NCBI GenBank assembly: GCA_965237675.1
Contig: OZ250150.1
Location: 544,001 to 608,000, forward strand
Source of the DNA: Candidatus Latescibacterota bacterium
GTDB lineage: Bacteria > Latescibacterota > UBA2968 > GCA-2709665
Direction: 5' to 3'
DNA: 64,000 nt
The position numbers and the translations under genes are program-made. The notes beneath the pieces were generated by a model that saw nothing but the letters and a program-made list of their open reading frames with translations, was not told where the DNA came from and did not search any database. Positions 8,675-19,414 of the stretch are shown here, in pieces (position 1 is the stretch's first letter; each line of letters begins with the position of its first letter).

Positions 8675-10771
8675 ATGCGGATTGAAGTGCGCCATATTCG
8701 CCGGCAAAGAGCGATTTGCCTGCTGGGCGGTATCTTCGTTCTGGTCTTAATCTACAGGTTGGCTGCGCTCCAGATCTGGACGGGTGACCTCTATAGCGCC
8801 CGTGCCAAAAGGCAGCACGAAAAGCGGACGGTATTGAATGCGAGCCGCGGTCGTATTCTGGATCGGCAAGGCAGGGTGCTTGCAACGAATCTGGAAGCCC
8901 AATCGTTCTTTGTCAACAATGTAGCCGAGTTGGACAGCCTCGGATCCATCGCGGTGCGATTTTCCGGTCGTGATAGCGAGGACAACGCTGCGATCCTGCG
9001 GCGGCTTCAAAAGAAGCAATTTGTCTGGCTGGCTCGAAAGGTACTCAGCGACCCACGACAGGACCCGTTGCCAAAGGGTGTGGGCCGAATTGTCGAGATG
9101 CGCCGAAGCTATCCGATGGGCGGGCTTGCCGGACAGATGCTGGGGTACACCGACATCGACAATTTGGGAATCGAGGGCGTGGAACTTGCCTGCAATTCGC
9201 TGTTGCAGGGCAAACACGGAGATATGATCTCCAGGAGGGATGCACGAGGCGAGGTACTGGGTGCTCTGGGGGTTGTGAGGCAGATGCCCGAGGACGGCGA
9301 GGATGTGATGTTAACCCTCGATGTCGATTACCAGTCGATCGTGGAAGAGGAGTTGGCCGTGGCAGTGGCGCAGTTCAAGGCGGCGAACGGGATGGCGATC
9401 GTCACCTCGCCCCGGTCAGGTGAAATTCTGGCTATGGCCAATGTGCCGTTGTACGACCCCAATCATTTCGGCAAGTACGATGCGGCGGTTCGACGCAATC
9501 GCGCGGTCACCGATCTCTTTGAGCCGGGGTCGACGTTTAAGTTCGTTGCAGTGTCGGGCGGTCTGGAAGATGGGCTCTGGCGCCGTGAAGATCGAATCTT
9601 CTGTGAATATGGCCGGATGCAGATTTCCGGCGGTGTGATTCGAGACACACATCCGTTGGGATGGCTGACGGTCCAGCAGGTCGTGGAAGAATCCAGCAAC
9701 ATTGGAACCGTGAAAATCGCTCGAAAACTGGAACGGGCAGGGCTGTTTCGATATGTTCGGTGGTTCGGATTCGGAAGCAAGACTTCTGTCGATTTACCAG
9801 GTGAGGTGCACGGAAACGTGAAAAATCCTAAACGATGGTCCGGGAGAACGCTGGCATCAATGGCGATAGGGCAGGAGGTGGGCGTAACGGCATTGCAGAT
9901 GGTGATGGCTTATGGCGCAATCGCCAACGGCGGCCGTCTAATGGCACCACGCATTTATCGCCGCCGTTCTCAGGACCGTACCTGGGTGGCTGAACGGCCC
10001 CATATCTTGCGGCGGGTGGTTTCTGAAGAAACGGCAAAACACATGGCGGAAATCCTCGAAGGGGTGGTACAGCGAGGCACAGGCGCAAACGCACGGGTGC
10101 CCGGTTATCGCGTAGCCGGAAAAACGGGCACCGCGCAACGGGCAAGTGAAGGCGTGCGGGGCTATGATCCGAATCGGTATGTTTCCTCATTTATCGGGTT
10201 TTTGCCGGTAGAGCGTGCGGAATTTCTATGTATAGTGGTCGTAGACAGCCCAGAGGGTATTCACTGGGGAAGCCAGGTGGCGGCACCGGTCTTCAGCCGC
10301 ATCATGAAACGCATTGTGAGCCTGCGCGACACTGAAATGCGACATCGAGCAGTCGTTCAGGCCGGTGGGAAAGAAGGCGTGGAAGGGTCCGCGCCCATAT
10401 TGGCGGGATTATCCCGGAATGTAGCGAAACGGGTGCTGGATCGGCACGGTTTCAACCCCGTGAAGGTGGACGTGGGCACGCCAATATCAGTAAAGGCGCC
10501 GACCCAATCGACTGAGATCGGGGAGTCGAAGCACGTGCCTGTTTCAGAAGATTCCGCGACGACTGTCGATACCATAACGACGCCCAGTGTGCTGGGGGTT
10601 CCATTGCGCCAGGCTGTGGTTCAGTTGACATCGTCTGGATTGGCCGTGAGCGCCTCGGGCAGCGGGAGAGTCGTTTCGCAAACCCCCGGTGCCGGGATGC
10701 TGGTTGCCCGTGGTACGGTCTGCAATGTGGTATGTAGCCCGCAGTACGTGCCGATTCCGGACGATATGTGA
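8675..10771 (+). CDS. ftsI: Class B penicillin-binding protein with C-terminal PASTA
   Basis: RGRILDR, EPGSTFK, SSN, KTGTAQ; PASTA-like tail. Confidence 0.93.
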   Translation: MRIEVRHIRRQRAICLLGGIFVLVLIYRLAALQIWTGDLYSARAKRQHEKRTVLNASRGRILDRQGRVLATNLEAQSFFVNNVAELDSLGSIAVRFSGRDSEDNAAILRRLQKKQFVWLARKVLSDPRQDPLPKGVGRIVEMRRSYPMGGLAGQMLGYTDIDNLGIEGVELACNSLLQGKHGDMISRRDARGEVLGALGVVRQMPEDGEDVMLTLDVDYQSIVEEELAVAVAQFKAANGMAIVTSPRSGEILAMANVPLYDPNHFGKYDAAVRRNRAVTDLFEPGSTFKFVAVSGGLEDGLWRREDRIFCEYGRMQISGGVIRDTHPLGWLTVQQVVEESSNIGTVKIARKLERAGLFRYVRWFGFGSKTSVDLPGEVHGNVKNPKRWSGRTLASMAIGQEVGVTALQMVMAYGAIANGGRLMAPRIYRRRSQDRTWVAERPHILRRVVSEETAKHMAEILEGVVQRGTGANARVPGYRVAGKTGTAQRASEGVRGYDPNRYVSSFIGFLPVERAEFLCIVVVDSPEGIHWGSQVAAPVFSRIMKRIVSLRDTEMRHRAVVQAGGKEGVEGSAPILAGLSRNVAKRVLDRHGFNPVKVDVGTPISVKAPTQSTEIGESKHVPVSEDSATTVDTITTPSVLGVPLRQAVVQLTSSGLAVSASGSGRVVSQTPGAGMLVARGTVCNVVCSPQYVPIPDDM

Positions 10772-10784
10772 AAAAAACCGTGCT

Positions 10785-12230
10785 ATGCGGCTGGACGACT
10801 TCATTTCCAGGATTCCAGGAGCACAATGGCTGCATACGGGCAATCCATGGGTTGCGGGTCTGGCCACAGATTCGCGGAAGGTTCGACCGGGTGATCTGTT
10901 CGTTGCCATCCGCGGCGGACAGCTTGAGGACCGGCATGCGTTTGTGCCACAGGCCGTGGCGGCGGGGGCCGTGGCAGTGGTGGTTGAAGAGCCTGTTGAG
11001 GCCGACGCCGCCGTCATACTGGTGCCGTCCACGCGGAACGCGCTGGGTGTATTCGCGGGACACTTCTACGGGTCGCCCTCGCATCGACTGCGGACGGTGG
11101 GGGTAACGGGGACCAACGGAAAAACCACGACCGCGATGCTGATTCAGGCGGCTCTGGAGGCAGCCGTTGGGGCCTGCGGATTGCTCGGGACGGTTGAATA
11201 CAGGCTGGGCGGTCGCCGTATGCCGTCGTTCATTGGAACGCCTGAAGCCCACGATCTACAGCGGTTGTTGAAGGAGATGTTGGACGGCGGCTGCACTGCG
11301 GCTGTGATGGAGGTTACGTCGCACGGGTTGGCGTTGGACCGGGTACACGGCATCGAATTCGACACGGCGGTTTTTACGAATTTTTCGCGGGACCATCTGG
11401 ATTTCCACGATTCCCTGGAATCCTATCTGGCCGCCAAAAAGCTGCTCTTTGACAACTTGAATCCGGATGCGCAAGCGGTGGTCAACGCAGACGACGCGGT
11501 GACAGAGCACTTGTTGAGTTGCTGCAGCGCCAGGGTGGTGTCCTTCGGCCGTTCGCCAGCGGCCGATGTGCGAATTGTGAACGCGAAAACGGACTTCAGA
11601 GGGACTCGGATGGATCTGAAAACGCCTTCTGGAACCGTTCAACTCGCCTTCGCGCTACAGGGCCGGTTCCATCAGATGAATGCGGCGGCGGCGATCGCTG
11701 CGGGACTGGCGATGGGTGTAGCGGCGGAATCGTCTGCCGAGGCCATCCGGGACGTGCAGGTGCCGGGTCGTTTTGAGCACATTCAGGAAGGACAGGATTT
11801 CAGCGTGATCGTGGATTATGCACATACTCCCGATGCGCTGAGAAATGTCTTGCGGGCGGCCCGTGAGTTTACGGACGGCCGTCTGATCTCCGTATTTGGA
11901 TGTGGGGGTGATCGGGACCGGGGCAAGCGGCCCCAGATGGGACGAATATCTGCGCAGATGTCCGATTTGACCGTTGTGACGTCCGACAATCCCAGGACCG
12001 AAGACCCGGAGTCGATTCTCCGAGACATATTGGCGGGTGTTGGCCGGGCCGACCACAGGGTCGAAGTCGACCGGCGGAAGGCGATTTCACAGGCCATTGA
12101 ATATGCTTCTAGCGGCGATCTTGTCGTTATAGCAGGCAAGGGACACGAGGATTATCAGGATATCGACGGACAAAAGATCCGCTTCGACGATCGGGAGGTG
12201 GCGCGTGAAGTCCTGGAGGGTCGGGTATAG
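10785..12230 (+). CDS. murE: UDP-MurNAc-tripeptide synthetase (mDAP-adding)
   Basis: GVTGTNGKTT, DHLDFH, DYAHTPD, GCGGDRDRGKRP, DNPR. Confidence 0.96.
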   Translation: MRLDDFISRIPGAQWLHTGNPWVAGLATDSRKVRPGDLFVAIRGGQLEDRHAFVPQAVAAGAVAVVVEEPVEADAAVILVPSTRNALGVFAGHFYGSPSHRLRTVGVTGTNGKTTTAMLIQAALEAAVGACGLLGTVEYRLGGRRMPSFIGTPEAHDLQRLLKEMLDGGCTAAVMEVTSHGLALDRVHGIEFDTAVFTNFSRDHLDFHDSLESYLAAKKLLFDNLNPDAQAVVNADDAVTEHLLSCCSARVVSFGRSPAADVRIVNAKTDFRGTRMDLKTPSGTVQLAFALQGRFHQMNAAAAIAAGLAMGVAAESSAEAIRDVQVPGRFEHIQEGQDFSVIVDYAHTPDALRNVLRAAREFTDGRLISVFGCGGDRDRGKRPQMGRISAQMSDLTVVTSDNPRTEDPESILRDILAGVGRADHRVEVDRRKAISQAIEYASSGDLVVIAGKGHEDYQDIDGQKIRFDDREVAREVLEGRV

Positions 12231-12295
12231 TACCCCGGGGAACTCCCGATGCCTACGGGTTTGAGAATCAAGGATCGACACCCGGAACACGCAAT

Positions 12296-13705
12296 ATGGA
12301 AGGAATGACACTGGCGGAAGTGGCGGATGCAATGGACGGAGAATTGGTTGGATCCGTCGATTCGGCACTCTGTCCAACCGGCGGGTGCATCGATACACGT
12401 GTGTTGAAGGCCCGGGAGTTGTTCTTCGCGCTCGAGGGAGATCGGATCAACGGAAATCGGGATGGGCATCTCTTTGTGGGCGATGCCTTCAGAAGGGGCG
12501 CATCCGCGGCGGTCGTCTCACGCCAGTGGGCGGAAAGCCGAAGTTCCCGAAGAATGTCCGGGGCGCTGATCGTGGTTGAGACACCGGGCCTGGCGCTGGG
12601 CGCTCTGGGCAGGGCTTACCGCCAGCGATTTCGGATTCCGGTGGTTGGCGTTACGGGCAGCAGTGGAAAAACAACAACCAAGGATATGGCTGCCGAAGTG
12701 CTGAGCACGCGGTACAGAGTCCTGGCCACGGAAGGCAATTTGAACAACTGGCTTGGGGTTCCACTGACTCTGCTGCGGCTATCAAATGCCCACGAAGCCG
12801 CGGTGGTTGAAATGGGCATCAGCGAACATGGCGGTTTGAAATACCTGTGTGAAATTGCCGATCCGACGATCGGTGTGATTACCAATATCGGACCTGCACA
12901 TCTGGAGTTTTTAGGCTCTGTAGAGGGGGTGGCTAAAGCCAAAGGGGAACTCCTGGATTATCTAGAAGAGTCTTCAATGGCTATCTTGAATCTCGATAAC
13001 CTGTTCGTGTCGCAGGAGCGAGCAAGACTAAAGGGGAGACTCCTGGGCTTTGGTATCGAGAAGATATGTCAGTTTCGTGGGGAGGGACTTGTCATAGACC
13101 AGGAGGGCTGCGGTCATTTCTCTCTACAGGGCCGTTTTTTTCATCTGGCTGTACCCGGCCGCCATCAGGTGTACAACGCGTTGGCCGCGACAGCGGTTGG
13201 CGCGGCCCTGGATGTGCCGGTTGAACAGGCCGCGAAAACACTTGGCGGGTATCGACCTTCAAAGCTGCGTGGCCTCGTGGTCGAGCAGAATGGAATCCGG
13301 CTATTGGACGATTCGTACAATGCCAACCCCGCTTCGATGCGGGCGGCTCTGGAGACGCTGGCTCAGATGTCGATCACCGAGGGCGGGCGGCGGGTGGCGG
13401 TGCTTGGCGATATGCTGGAACTGGGCACATCAGCCATTCAGAGCCACCGGCGCCTGGGTATACTTGCCGCCAGACTGGGAATGGACGCCGTTTTTGCGCT
13501 CGGTGACATGTCATGTCAGGTGGCCGAAGGAGGCGTTTCGGGCGGTCTGACCCCGAATAGGTCGCGGGCATTCAAAGACCGTGCAACCCTGGTGACAAAA
13601 CTCAAGGCATTTCTAAGGCCGGGAGATCTGGTACTGATGAAAGGGTCTCGCGGCCTGACGATGGAGGCAACTGCGGAAGCACTGGGTTTTGAAACAAAAC
13701 CATGA
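12296..13705 (+). CDS. murF: UDP-MurNAc-tripeptide--D-Ala-D-Ala ligase
   Basis: TGSSGKTTTK, DDSYNANPASM, GDMLELG, KGSRG. Confidence 0.96.
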   Translation: MEGMTLAEVADAMDGELVGSVDSALCPTGGCIDTRVLKARELFFALEGDRINGNRDGHLFVGDAFRRGASAAVVSRQWAESRSSRRMSGALIVVETPGLALGALGRAYRQRFRIPVVGVTGSSGKTTTKDMAAEVLSTRYRVLATEGNLNNWLGVPLTLLRLSNAHEAAVVEMGISEHGGLKYLCEIADPTIGVITNIGPAHLEFLGSVEGVAKAKGELLDYLEESSMAILNLDNLFVSQERARLKGRLLGFGIEKICQFRGEGLVIDQEGCGHFSLQGRFFHLAVPGRHQVYNALAATAVGAALDVPVEQAAKTLGGYRPSKLRGLVVEQNGIRLLDDSYNANPASMRAALETLAQMSITEGGRRVAVLGDMLELGTSAIQSHRRLGILAARLGMDAVFALGDMSCQVAEGGVSGGLTPNRSRAFKDRATLVTKLKAFLRPGDLVLMKGSRGLTMEATAEALGFETKP

Positions 13706-13841
13706 CCGGCTTGCGACGTTTCGATCTTTACGATCGACCGCAGTCGGCGCTTTGCATTCCGTGAGTCATAACACAATTCCGATCCTTGACGCGTTTCCTG
13801 AGATCCCGTTTCGGGATCCTTTTCCCTATAAGCTGGCATAT

Positions 13842-15002
13842 ATGTCGACCGGAGGGCCAGAACGACAGACCTATCTGCTGATGTTGCTGGTGATCGGGCT
13901 GGTGGGATTTGGCCTCGTTATGGTGTATAGCGCCAGCACGGCGTTGGGGCAGGTGCGGTTTGAAAGCGGCCACTTTTTCTTAAAGCGGTGGGCGTTGCGT
14001 ACGGTGGTCGGTCTCCTGGCGATGCTCTTGATTATGCGGGTGGACTATCGGTTCTGGGCACGATTTGCCCGGGTCTTTCTGGCCATCGGCTTCCTGGGAT
14101 TGGCTGTTGTCCTGGTTTTCAAACTCGCGGGCGTCGGCAGGGTGCGCGGCGCATATCGATGGATTCCATTACCGGGTGGCACCCTTCAACCTTCGGATCT
14201 GATGCGTCTCGCGCTGGTCGTTTATCTGGCGGAATCCTTGAGCAGGCGCCAGGGACTGGTGAAGGATCTCGTTCAGGGTTACCTCCCACATATTGCCATA
14301 ATCGGCGTTGCGATGGGAATGGTAGTGCTCCAGCCCGATCTCGGAACGGCTCTGGCCATTGGACTGACCTGCACGCTGATGCTATATCTGGCCGGTGTGC
14401 GGGTTAAACACCTGGCCGGCACGGGGCTGGTATTGCTGCCGTTGTTATATATCGTCGTATTCGTTCTGGGATATCGGAAGGAACGGATCATGACGTTTTT
14501 CAGTCCGACCGACGACGTCCAGGGCGCCGGATATCAGATCATGCAGTCTTTATTGGCACTGGGCAGCGGTGGTTGGACCGGGTTGGGTCTTGGTCAAAGT
14601 CTGCAGAAATATTTCTTTCTGCCTGAGCCGCATACCGACTTCGTGTTCAGCATCGTCGGTGAAGAGTTGGGATTGGTCGGCACGGCCGGTCTGGTGATCT
14701 GCTTCCTGATTTTCGCCCGGTGCGGGTTTCATATTGCCCGCCGTGCGCCGGATCTGCACGGATTCTTCCTCGCGTCGGGAATAACACTCATGATTCTGGT
14801 CTATGCATTTGTGAATATGGGGGTCTGTACTGGATTGTTGCCCACCACCGGGCTTCCCCTGCCCTTTATCAGTTACGGTGGATCTTCATTGCTCTTCACG
14901 TTGCTTGCCGTGGGCATTTTAATCAACATCGGGCGGTGCGGTGCGGCCGACCCGGGAACGCTTCCCCAACGAACCGGTGCCGTCAGAATGTACCGGACAT
15001 GA
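13842..15002 (+). CDS. ftsW: SEDS peptidoglycan polymerase FtsW
   Basis: MVYSAS, QPDLGT, LPEPHTDF, GLPLPFISYGGSS. Confidence 0.94.
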   Translation: MSTGGPERQTYLLMLLVIGLVGFGLVMVYSASTALGQVRFESGHFFLKRWALRTVVGLLAMLLIMRVDYRFWARFARVFLAIGFLGLAVVLVFKLAGVGRVRGAYRWIPLPGGTLQPSDLMRLALVVYLAESLSRRQGLVKDLVQGYLPHIAIIGVAMGMVVLQPDLGTALAIGLTCTLMLYLAGVRVKHLAGTGLVLLPLLYIVVFVLGYRKERIMTFFSPTDDVQGAGYQIMQSLLALGSGGWTGLGLGQSLQKYFFLPEPHTDFVFSIVGEELGLVGTAGLVICFLIFARCGFHIARRAPDLHGFFLASGITLMILVYAFVNMGVCTGLLPTTGLPLPFISYGGSSLLFTLLAVGILINIGRCGAADPGTLPQRTGAVRMYRT

Positions 15003-16123
15003 GATCGCGGATTCTGATGCCTTTACGCCTGTTGTTTGCCGTTACCCTTACCGGCGGCCACACGGTACCTGCGCTGGGCGTGGCGGCCGCAGTCCGCCAA
15101 CGGTACCCGGATACCCTAATTCGATTCGTCGGTGTTGCGCGAGGCGTTGAGGCCAGACTGATTCCTCGTGCCGGATATGTCCTGGAGACCTTGCCGGTCA
15201 TTGGCCTTAAGCGTCGCCTGCATCTCGATCTGCTACAATTTCCATGGATGCTCTTGAAGGGCGTCTGTTCCGCCTTTCGCATCCTCTTTACGTATCATCC
15301 GCATACGGTGATCTGTACCGGTGGCCACGTCAGCGGCCCGGTGGGTGTGGCCGCGCGGTTGCTTGGAATTCCGCTGGTCCTGCACGAGTCGAACAATTTC
15401 CCCGGCCTAACGGTACGTCTGTTGTCACGCGCGTCCAGACAGGTCTATTTGGCATTTGAAGGCGCGAGGCGACGTGTCGGCGGGCGTGAGAAATTTATCG
15501 TGGGCAACCCGATTCGGGAGGGATGGCGGCGTGTAGACCGGACGGAGGCACGCCGGCAGTTCGGGTTGGCCCTGGATCGGTTCACGCTGTTTGTGACGGG
15601 AGCCAGCCAGGGATCTCTGGGCATTAACCGTGCCGTGGCGGAAGCACTGCCGGTATTGACGGAACGTGGCTACCAGGTCTTGTGGCAGACCGGTAAGGTC
15701 GGTTACCACGAAGCGGCTTCCGTTGCACGCTCCTGGGGAGACCGTGTGGTCGTCAGGGACTTTATCGACGACATGGCGGTGGCTTACAGTGCGGCAGACC
15801 TCGCGCTGACCCGGGCGGGTGCCATAACGGTGACGGAAGTGACGCAACTGGGTGTCCCCGCATTGATGGTGCCACTGCCCCTCGCGGCGGAGAACCATCA
15901 GGAATATAACGCAAGGGCCGTGGTTCGAGCCGGCGCCGCACGGATGGTGCCCGAATCGGAACTGAACGCGGAAAGGCTGGTCCGGGAAGTGTCCGGGTTG
16001 GTCGATTCGAACGGCCTTCTTTCGGATATGGCCCGCCGGAGCCGCGCGCTGGCCGTGCCAGACGCGGCTGTGCGAATGGTGGAGGGAATGGCGCGAAGTG
16101 GACTCCTGCGCGGTGGGGGTTAG
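14999..16123 (+). CDS. murG: Lipid II GlcNAc transferase
   Basis: TGGH, HESN, GNPIR, RAGA, HQEYNA. Confidence 0.93.
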   Translation: MRSRILMPLRLLFAVTLTGGHTVPALGVAAAVRQRYPDTLIRFVGVARGVEARLIPRAGYVLETLPVIGLKRRLHLDLLQFPWMLLKGVCSAFRILFTYHPHTVICTGGHVSGPVGVAARLLGIPLVLHESNNFPGLTVRLLSRASRQVYLAFEGARRRVGGREKFIVGNPIREGWRRVDRTEARRQFGLALDRFTLFVTGASQGSLGINRAVAEALPVLTERGYQVLWQTGKVGYHEAASVARSWGDRVVVRDFIDDMAVAYSAADLALTRAGAITVTEVTQLGVPALMVPLPLAAENHQEYNARAVVRAGAARMVPESELNAERLVREVSGLVDSNGLLSDMARRSRALAVPDAAVRMVEGMARSGLLRGGG

Positions 16124-16137
16124 AGGATGGATGCCGC

Positions 16138-17526
16138 ATGGTGAAATTGAAACCGGGTTGCCGCGTTCATTTTGTCGGCATCGGGGGTGTGGGCATGAGC
16201 GCGGTCGCGGAACTGCTGCTTCAGCAGGGATGCGATGTTACCGGATCGGACCGCGAGGCCTCCGCGTTGACGGATCGGTTGGGGACGCTGGGAATTTCCG
16301 TTCATATAGGACATACGATCGACGCTGTAAAGAACGTAGACATCGTTGTGTACACTCCTGCTGCGGGACCGGACAATTCGGAATTGATGGCGGCACGATC
16401 GAACGGCATTCCGACGGTCAAGAGGGCCGCGCTTCTCGGGCAGTTGACGGCCGGACACCGGGTTGTGGGCGTGACCGGTACACACGGGAAGACGACAACA
16501 ACAGCCATGGCGGGCGGTGTTCTCGAGGCGGCGGGTCTGGATCCCACGGTGCTGGTGGGCGGGATCGTTCAGGGCCCAGAGAGAAATTTACGGCCGGGCT
16601 CGCAGACGTTGTGGGTGGTCGAAGCCGATGAGTTCGACCGTTCCTTTTTGACATTGCGTCCCGAGGTCGCGGTCGTGACGTCACTTGAAGCGGATCACCT
16701 GGATTGTTATGGAGACCTGAACGGTCTTGTTCAAGCGTTCCAACAGTTTCTGAAACAGACCAGCCGTTGTGCGGTAATGGGCTACGATGGACCCTTAGTG
16801 CGGAAATTAAAGGTAGGGCATCTTGAGATTATCTCCTATGGCCTGGATGAGGAAACAGGGATATCCGCGCAACGCCTGTGCCAGGATGGAATCGGAAGTC
16901 GGTTTCAGGTGGTCGATCGCGGAAAACAACTCGGCGATGTTGTCCTCAGGGTTCCAGGCCGGCACAATGTCAGCAACGCGCTGGCAGCCGTGGGTGTTGG
17001 ACTGGCGCTGGGGCTGAACTGGAAGGCAATCCGGACCGGACTGGAGAACTTCCGGGGAGTGCGACGCCGGCTGGAGGTACTTGGCGATCCGGGTGGTGTG
17101 AGGGTGGTGAACGACTATGCGCATCATCCTACCGAGGTTCAGGCCGCCCTGGAAACCATAAGAGCGGGGTGGACGGGACGTCTGGTGGCTGTTTTCCAGC
17201 CCCATCTGTACTCGAGAACGAGAGATTTCGCGGTTGATTTTGGAAGGGTGTTGAGTGAAGCCGATCAGGTCTGGGTAACCGAAGTATATGCCGCTCGAGA
17301 GGATGCGATTCCCGGCGTGACCGGCGAGACGGTGGCACGTCAGGTACGGGATGCCGGCTCTCCCGAGGTGTTTTATGTCCCGGGCTTGGTTGATCTGGAG
17401 ATGCGCCTTGCCGAAGCGCTTGCGCCTGGCGAACTCGTATTGGTGATGGGCGCCGGCGACGTGGAGCGGGTTGCATACGGGCTGATCGACCGGCTGTCCG
17501 ACAGAGCATTGAGGGCCGATGGATGA
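16138..17526 (+). CDS. murC: UDP-MurNAc--L-alanine ligase
   Basis: GIGGVGMS, GTHGKTTT, EADEFD, DYAHHPTE, FQPH. Confidence 0.96.
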   Translation: MVKLKPGCRVHFVGIGGVGMSAVAELLLQQGCDVTGSDREASALTDRLGTLGISVHIGHTIDAVKNVDIVVYTPAAGPDNSELMAARSNGIPTVKRAALLGQLTAGHRVVGVTGTHGKTTTTAMAGGVLEAAGLDPTVLVGGIVQGPERNLRPGSQTLWVVEADEFDRSFLTLRPEVAVVTSLEADHLDCYGDLNGLVQAFQQFLKQTSRCAVMGYDGPLVRKLKVGHLEIISYGLDEETGISAQRLCQDGIGSRFQVVDRGKQLGDVVLRVPGRHNVSNALAAVGVGLALGLNWKAIRTGLENFRGVRRRLEVLGDPGGVRVVNDYAHHPTEVQAALETIRAGWTGRLVAVFQPHLYSRTRDFAVDFGRVLSEADQVWVTEVYAAREDAIPGVTGETVARQVRDAGSPEVFYVPGLVDLEMRLAEALAPGELVLVMGAGDVERVAYGLIDRLSDRALRADG

Positions 17527-18457
17527 TGTTTCGAAGCGTAATTCGCTTGCCCGTGAGATCCGGGCACGCTGCAGGGGCGAACTTCTGGTTGACGAACCCT
17601 TGAAGAAGCATACCCATTTTGGTTTGGGTGGGCCCGCGGATCTGTTTTTCCGACCCGCGGATCTGGATGATCTGACCACCGCGGTGCCATTCGTTCTGGA
17701 CTCCGAACTACAGGTGTTGCCTCTGGGCGGCGGAACCAACTTGCTGGTTGGCGACACAGGTTTCAGGGGCCTCGTAATCTGCTTGACCCGAGGACTTGCA
17801 GGAATGGCGGTCGGGTCGGATCAGGGCGTCGCGCAGGCGGGTGCGAGCCTTCAGGTATTTTCCCGACGCTGCCAGCGCGCCGGGCGAACCGGGATGGAGT
17901 TCGGCTGCGGAATTCCCGGCACGGTGGGCGGCGCAATCAGGGGAAATGCCGGCGCGTGGGGGGGCCAGATCATGGAGCGTACGGCGTGGCTGAGAGGTGT
18001 CGATCTCCGATCGGGTCTGGCGGTAGAATTGCAGAAAGAAGCAATATCGTTCTCGTACCGGCATACGGATCTTCCGGCAGGATTTCTGATCGTCGAGGCA
18101 GGCTTTGTTCTGGAAGAAGACGATCCGGCGATGGTGCAGACGCGCATGGACGAAATGCTTACCCAGCGAAGGGGCTCCCAGCCGCTGTGGGCGCGCAACG
18201 CTGGCTGCATTTTCAAGAACCCGCCTGGCACGTCGGCGGGGTTGCTCATCGACAGGGCGGGATGCAAAGGGCTTTCCGCAGGCGATGTCGAGGTGTCGGA
18301 TGTTCATGCGAATTTTATCGTGAATCGGGGTCGCGGGACGGCAGCGGATGTCCTCTCGCTGGTTCGGAAGGTCCAAGAAAAAGTAATGCAGGTTTATGGC
18401 ATCGAAATGAAGATGGAAGTTCGCGTTGTCGGTGAGCGAGGAATCGAGAATCCGTGA
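17519..18457 (+). CDS. murB: UDP-N-acetylenolpyruvoylglucosamine reductase
   Basis: GGPAD, GIPGTVGGAIRGNAGA, GCIFKNP, HANFIVN. Confidence 0.95.
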   Translation: MDDVSKRNSLAREIRARCRGELLVDEPLKKHTHFGLGGPADLFFRPADLDDLTTAVPFVLDSELQVLPLGGGTNLLVGDTGFRGLVICLTRGLAGMAVGSDQGVAQAGASLQVFSRRCQRAGRTGMEFGCGIPGTVGGAIRGNAGAWGGQIMERTAWLRGVDLRSGLAVELQKEAISFSYRHTDLPAGFLIVEAGFVLEEDDPAMVQTRMDEMLTQRRGSQPLWARNAGCIFKNPPGTSAGLLIDRAGCKGLSAGDVEVSDVHANFIVNRGRGTAADVLSLVRKVQEKVMQVYGIEMKMEVRVVGERGIENP

Positions 18458-18562
18458 AGCGGGGAACCGCAACCGGTCCTATTGAGGAAATCCCGGTGCG
18501 GCGTCGTGTGCTCGATGAATGCCCGAGTCCCCTGACCGACACTTAATATCGATGGAGGTCGT

Positions 18563-19357
18563 ATGTCCAGTCATAGACCGATCTATTCCCGGACGCAGGA
18601 AAGGGAGCGGATTTCTCACGAGGAGCCCGCGCCCCGATCGCCGGTTCGCATTTTACGGTGGATTGTGGTTCTCGCCCTGGTCGGACTGCTGCTGTTCGGG
18701 ATCCAGAACGCGTATTCGGCGCTCACCGATTCCGACCTGTTTCGGTTGGACCACATTACCGTGGTGGGCAACAGGCTGTTGAAGGAGCGGGAGGTTGCGA
18801 TTCTTTCGGGCCTGGAGATTGGCGTCAACCTGTTCGCGGCCGATCTTAGAGCGGCTACACAGCGGCTAGTGGCCGATCCGAAGATTAAGGATGCATTGTT
18901 GTTGAGGCAGCCTCCGGGCGGGTTGCTCATCGAACTGCAGGAGAGACATCCGCTTGCACTGGCCGCAACGTCGGAAGGGCTGCATGGGCTGGACGGGGAT
19001 GGTGTACTTTTTCCACTGCCGCAGGCGCCGTTCAATCTGCCGATCGTGACAGGTATAGAAACGGCCGCGGATTCATCGGGGGATTACCGGTTTTCTCACC
19101 TCGTTGCTTTCCTGGAACAGCTCCGTTTAAAGGAACCGGCGTTTCTGGAAGAGGTCTCCGAGGTACACATGGTTTCTGTCACGGAGGCTCGGGTCTATCT
19201 GGTGGGAGATGGAATGACACTACGGATGCGACTTGAAAACCCGGCCGGTCAAGTCCGGCGTTTTGATGCGTTTGTAAAGGCGGGGGCACACAGAATTCAG
19301 ACGCCCGCCTACGTCGATCTCCGGTTTTCGAATCAGGTTGTCGTTGGTACAAGCTAA
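18563..19357 (+). CDS. ftsQ: Cell division protein FtsQ/DivIB
   Basis: TM, POTRA-like domain, C-terminal YVDLRF. Confidence 0.88.
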   Translation: MSSHRPIYSRTQERERISHEEPAPRSPVRILRWIVVLALVGLLLFGIQNAYSALTDSDLFRLDHITVVGNRLLKEREVAILSGLEIGVNLFAADLRAATQRLVADPKIKDALLLRQPPGGLLIELQERHPLALAATSEGLHGLDGDGVLFPLPQAPFNLPIVTGIETAADSSGDYRFSHLVAFLEQLRLKEPAFLEEVSEVHMVSVTEARVYLVGDGMTLRMRLENPAGQVRRFDAFVKAGAHRIQTPAYVDLRFSNQVVVGTS

Positions 19358-19414
19358 GGGTTCCGAAAACCTGTTTCCAGCACCGGACCGGTCGTAGTTG
19401 GAAAGGAAATTCGG

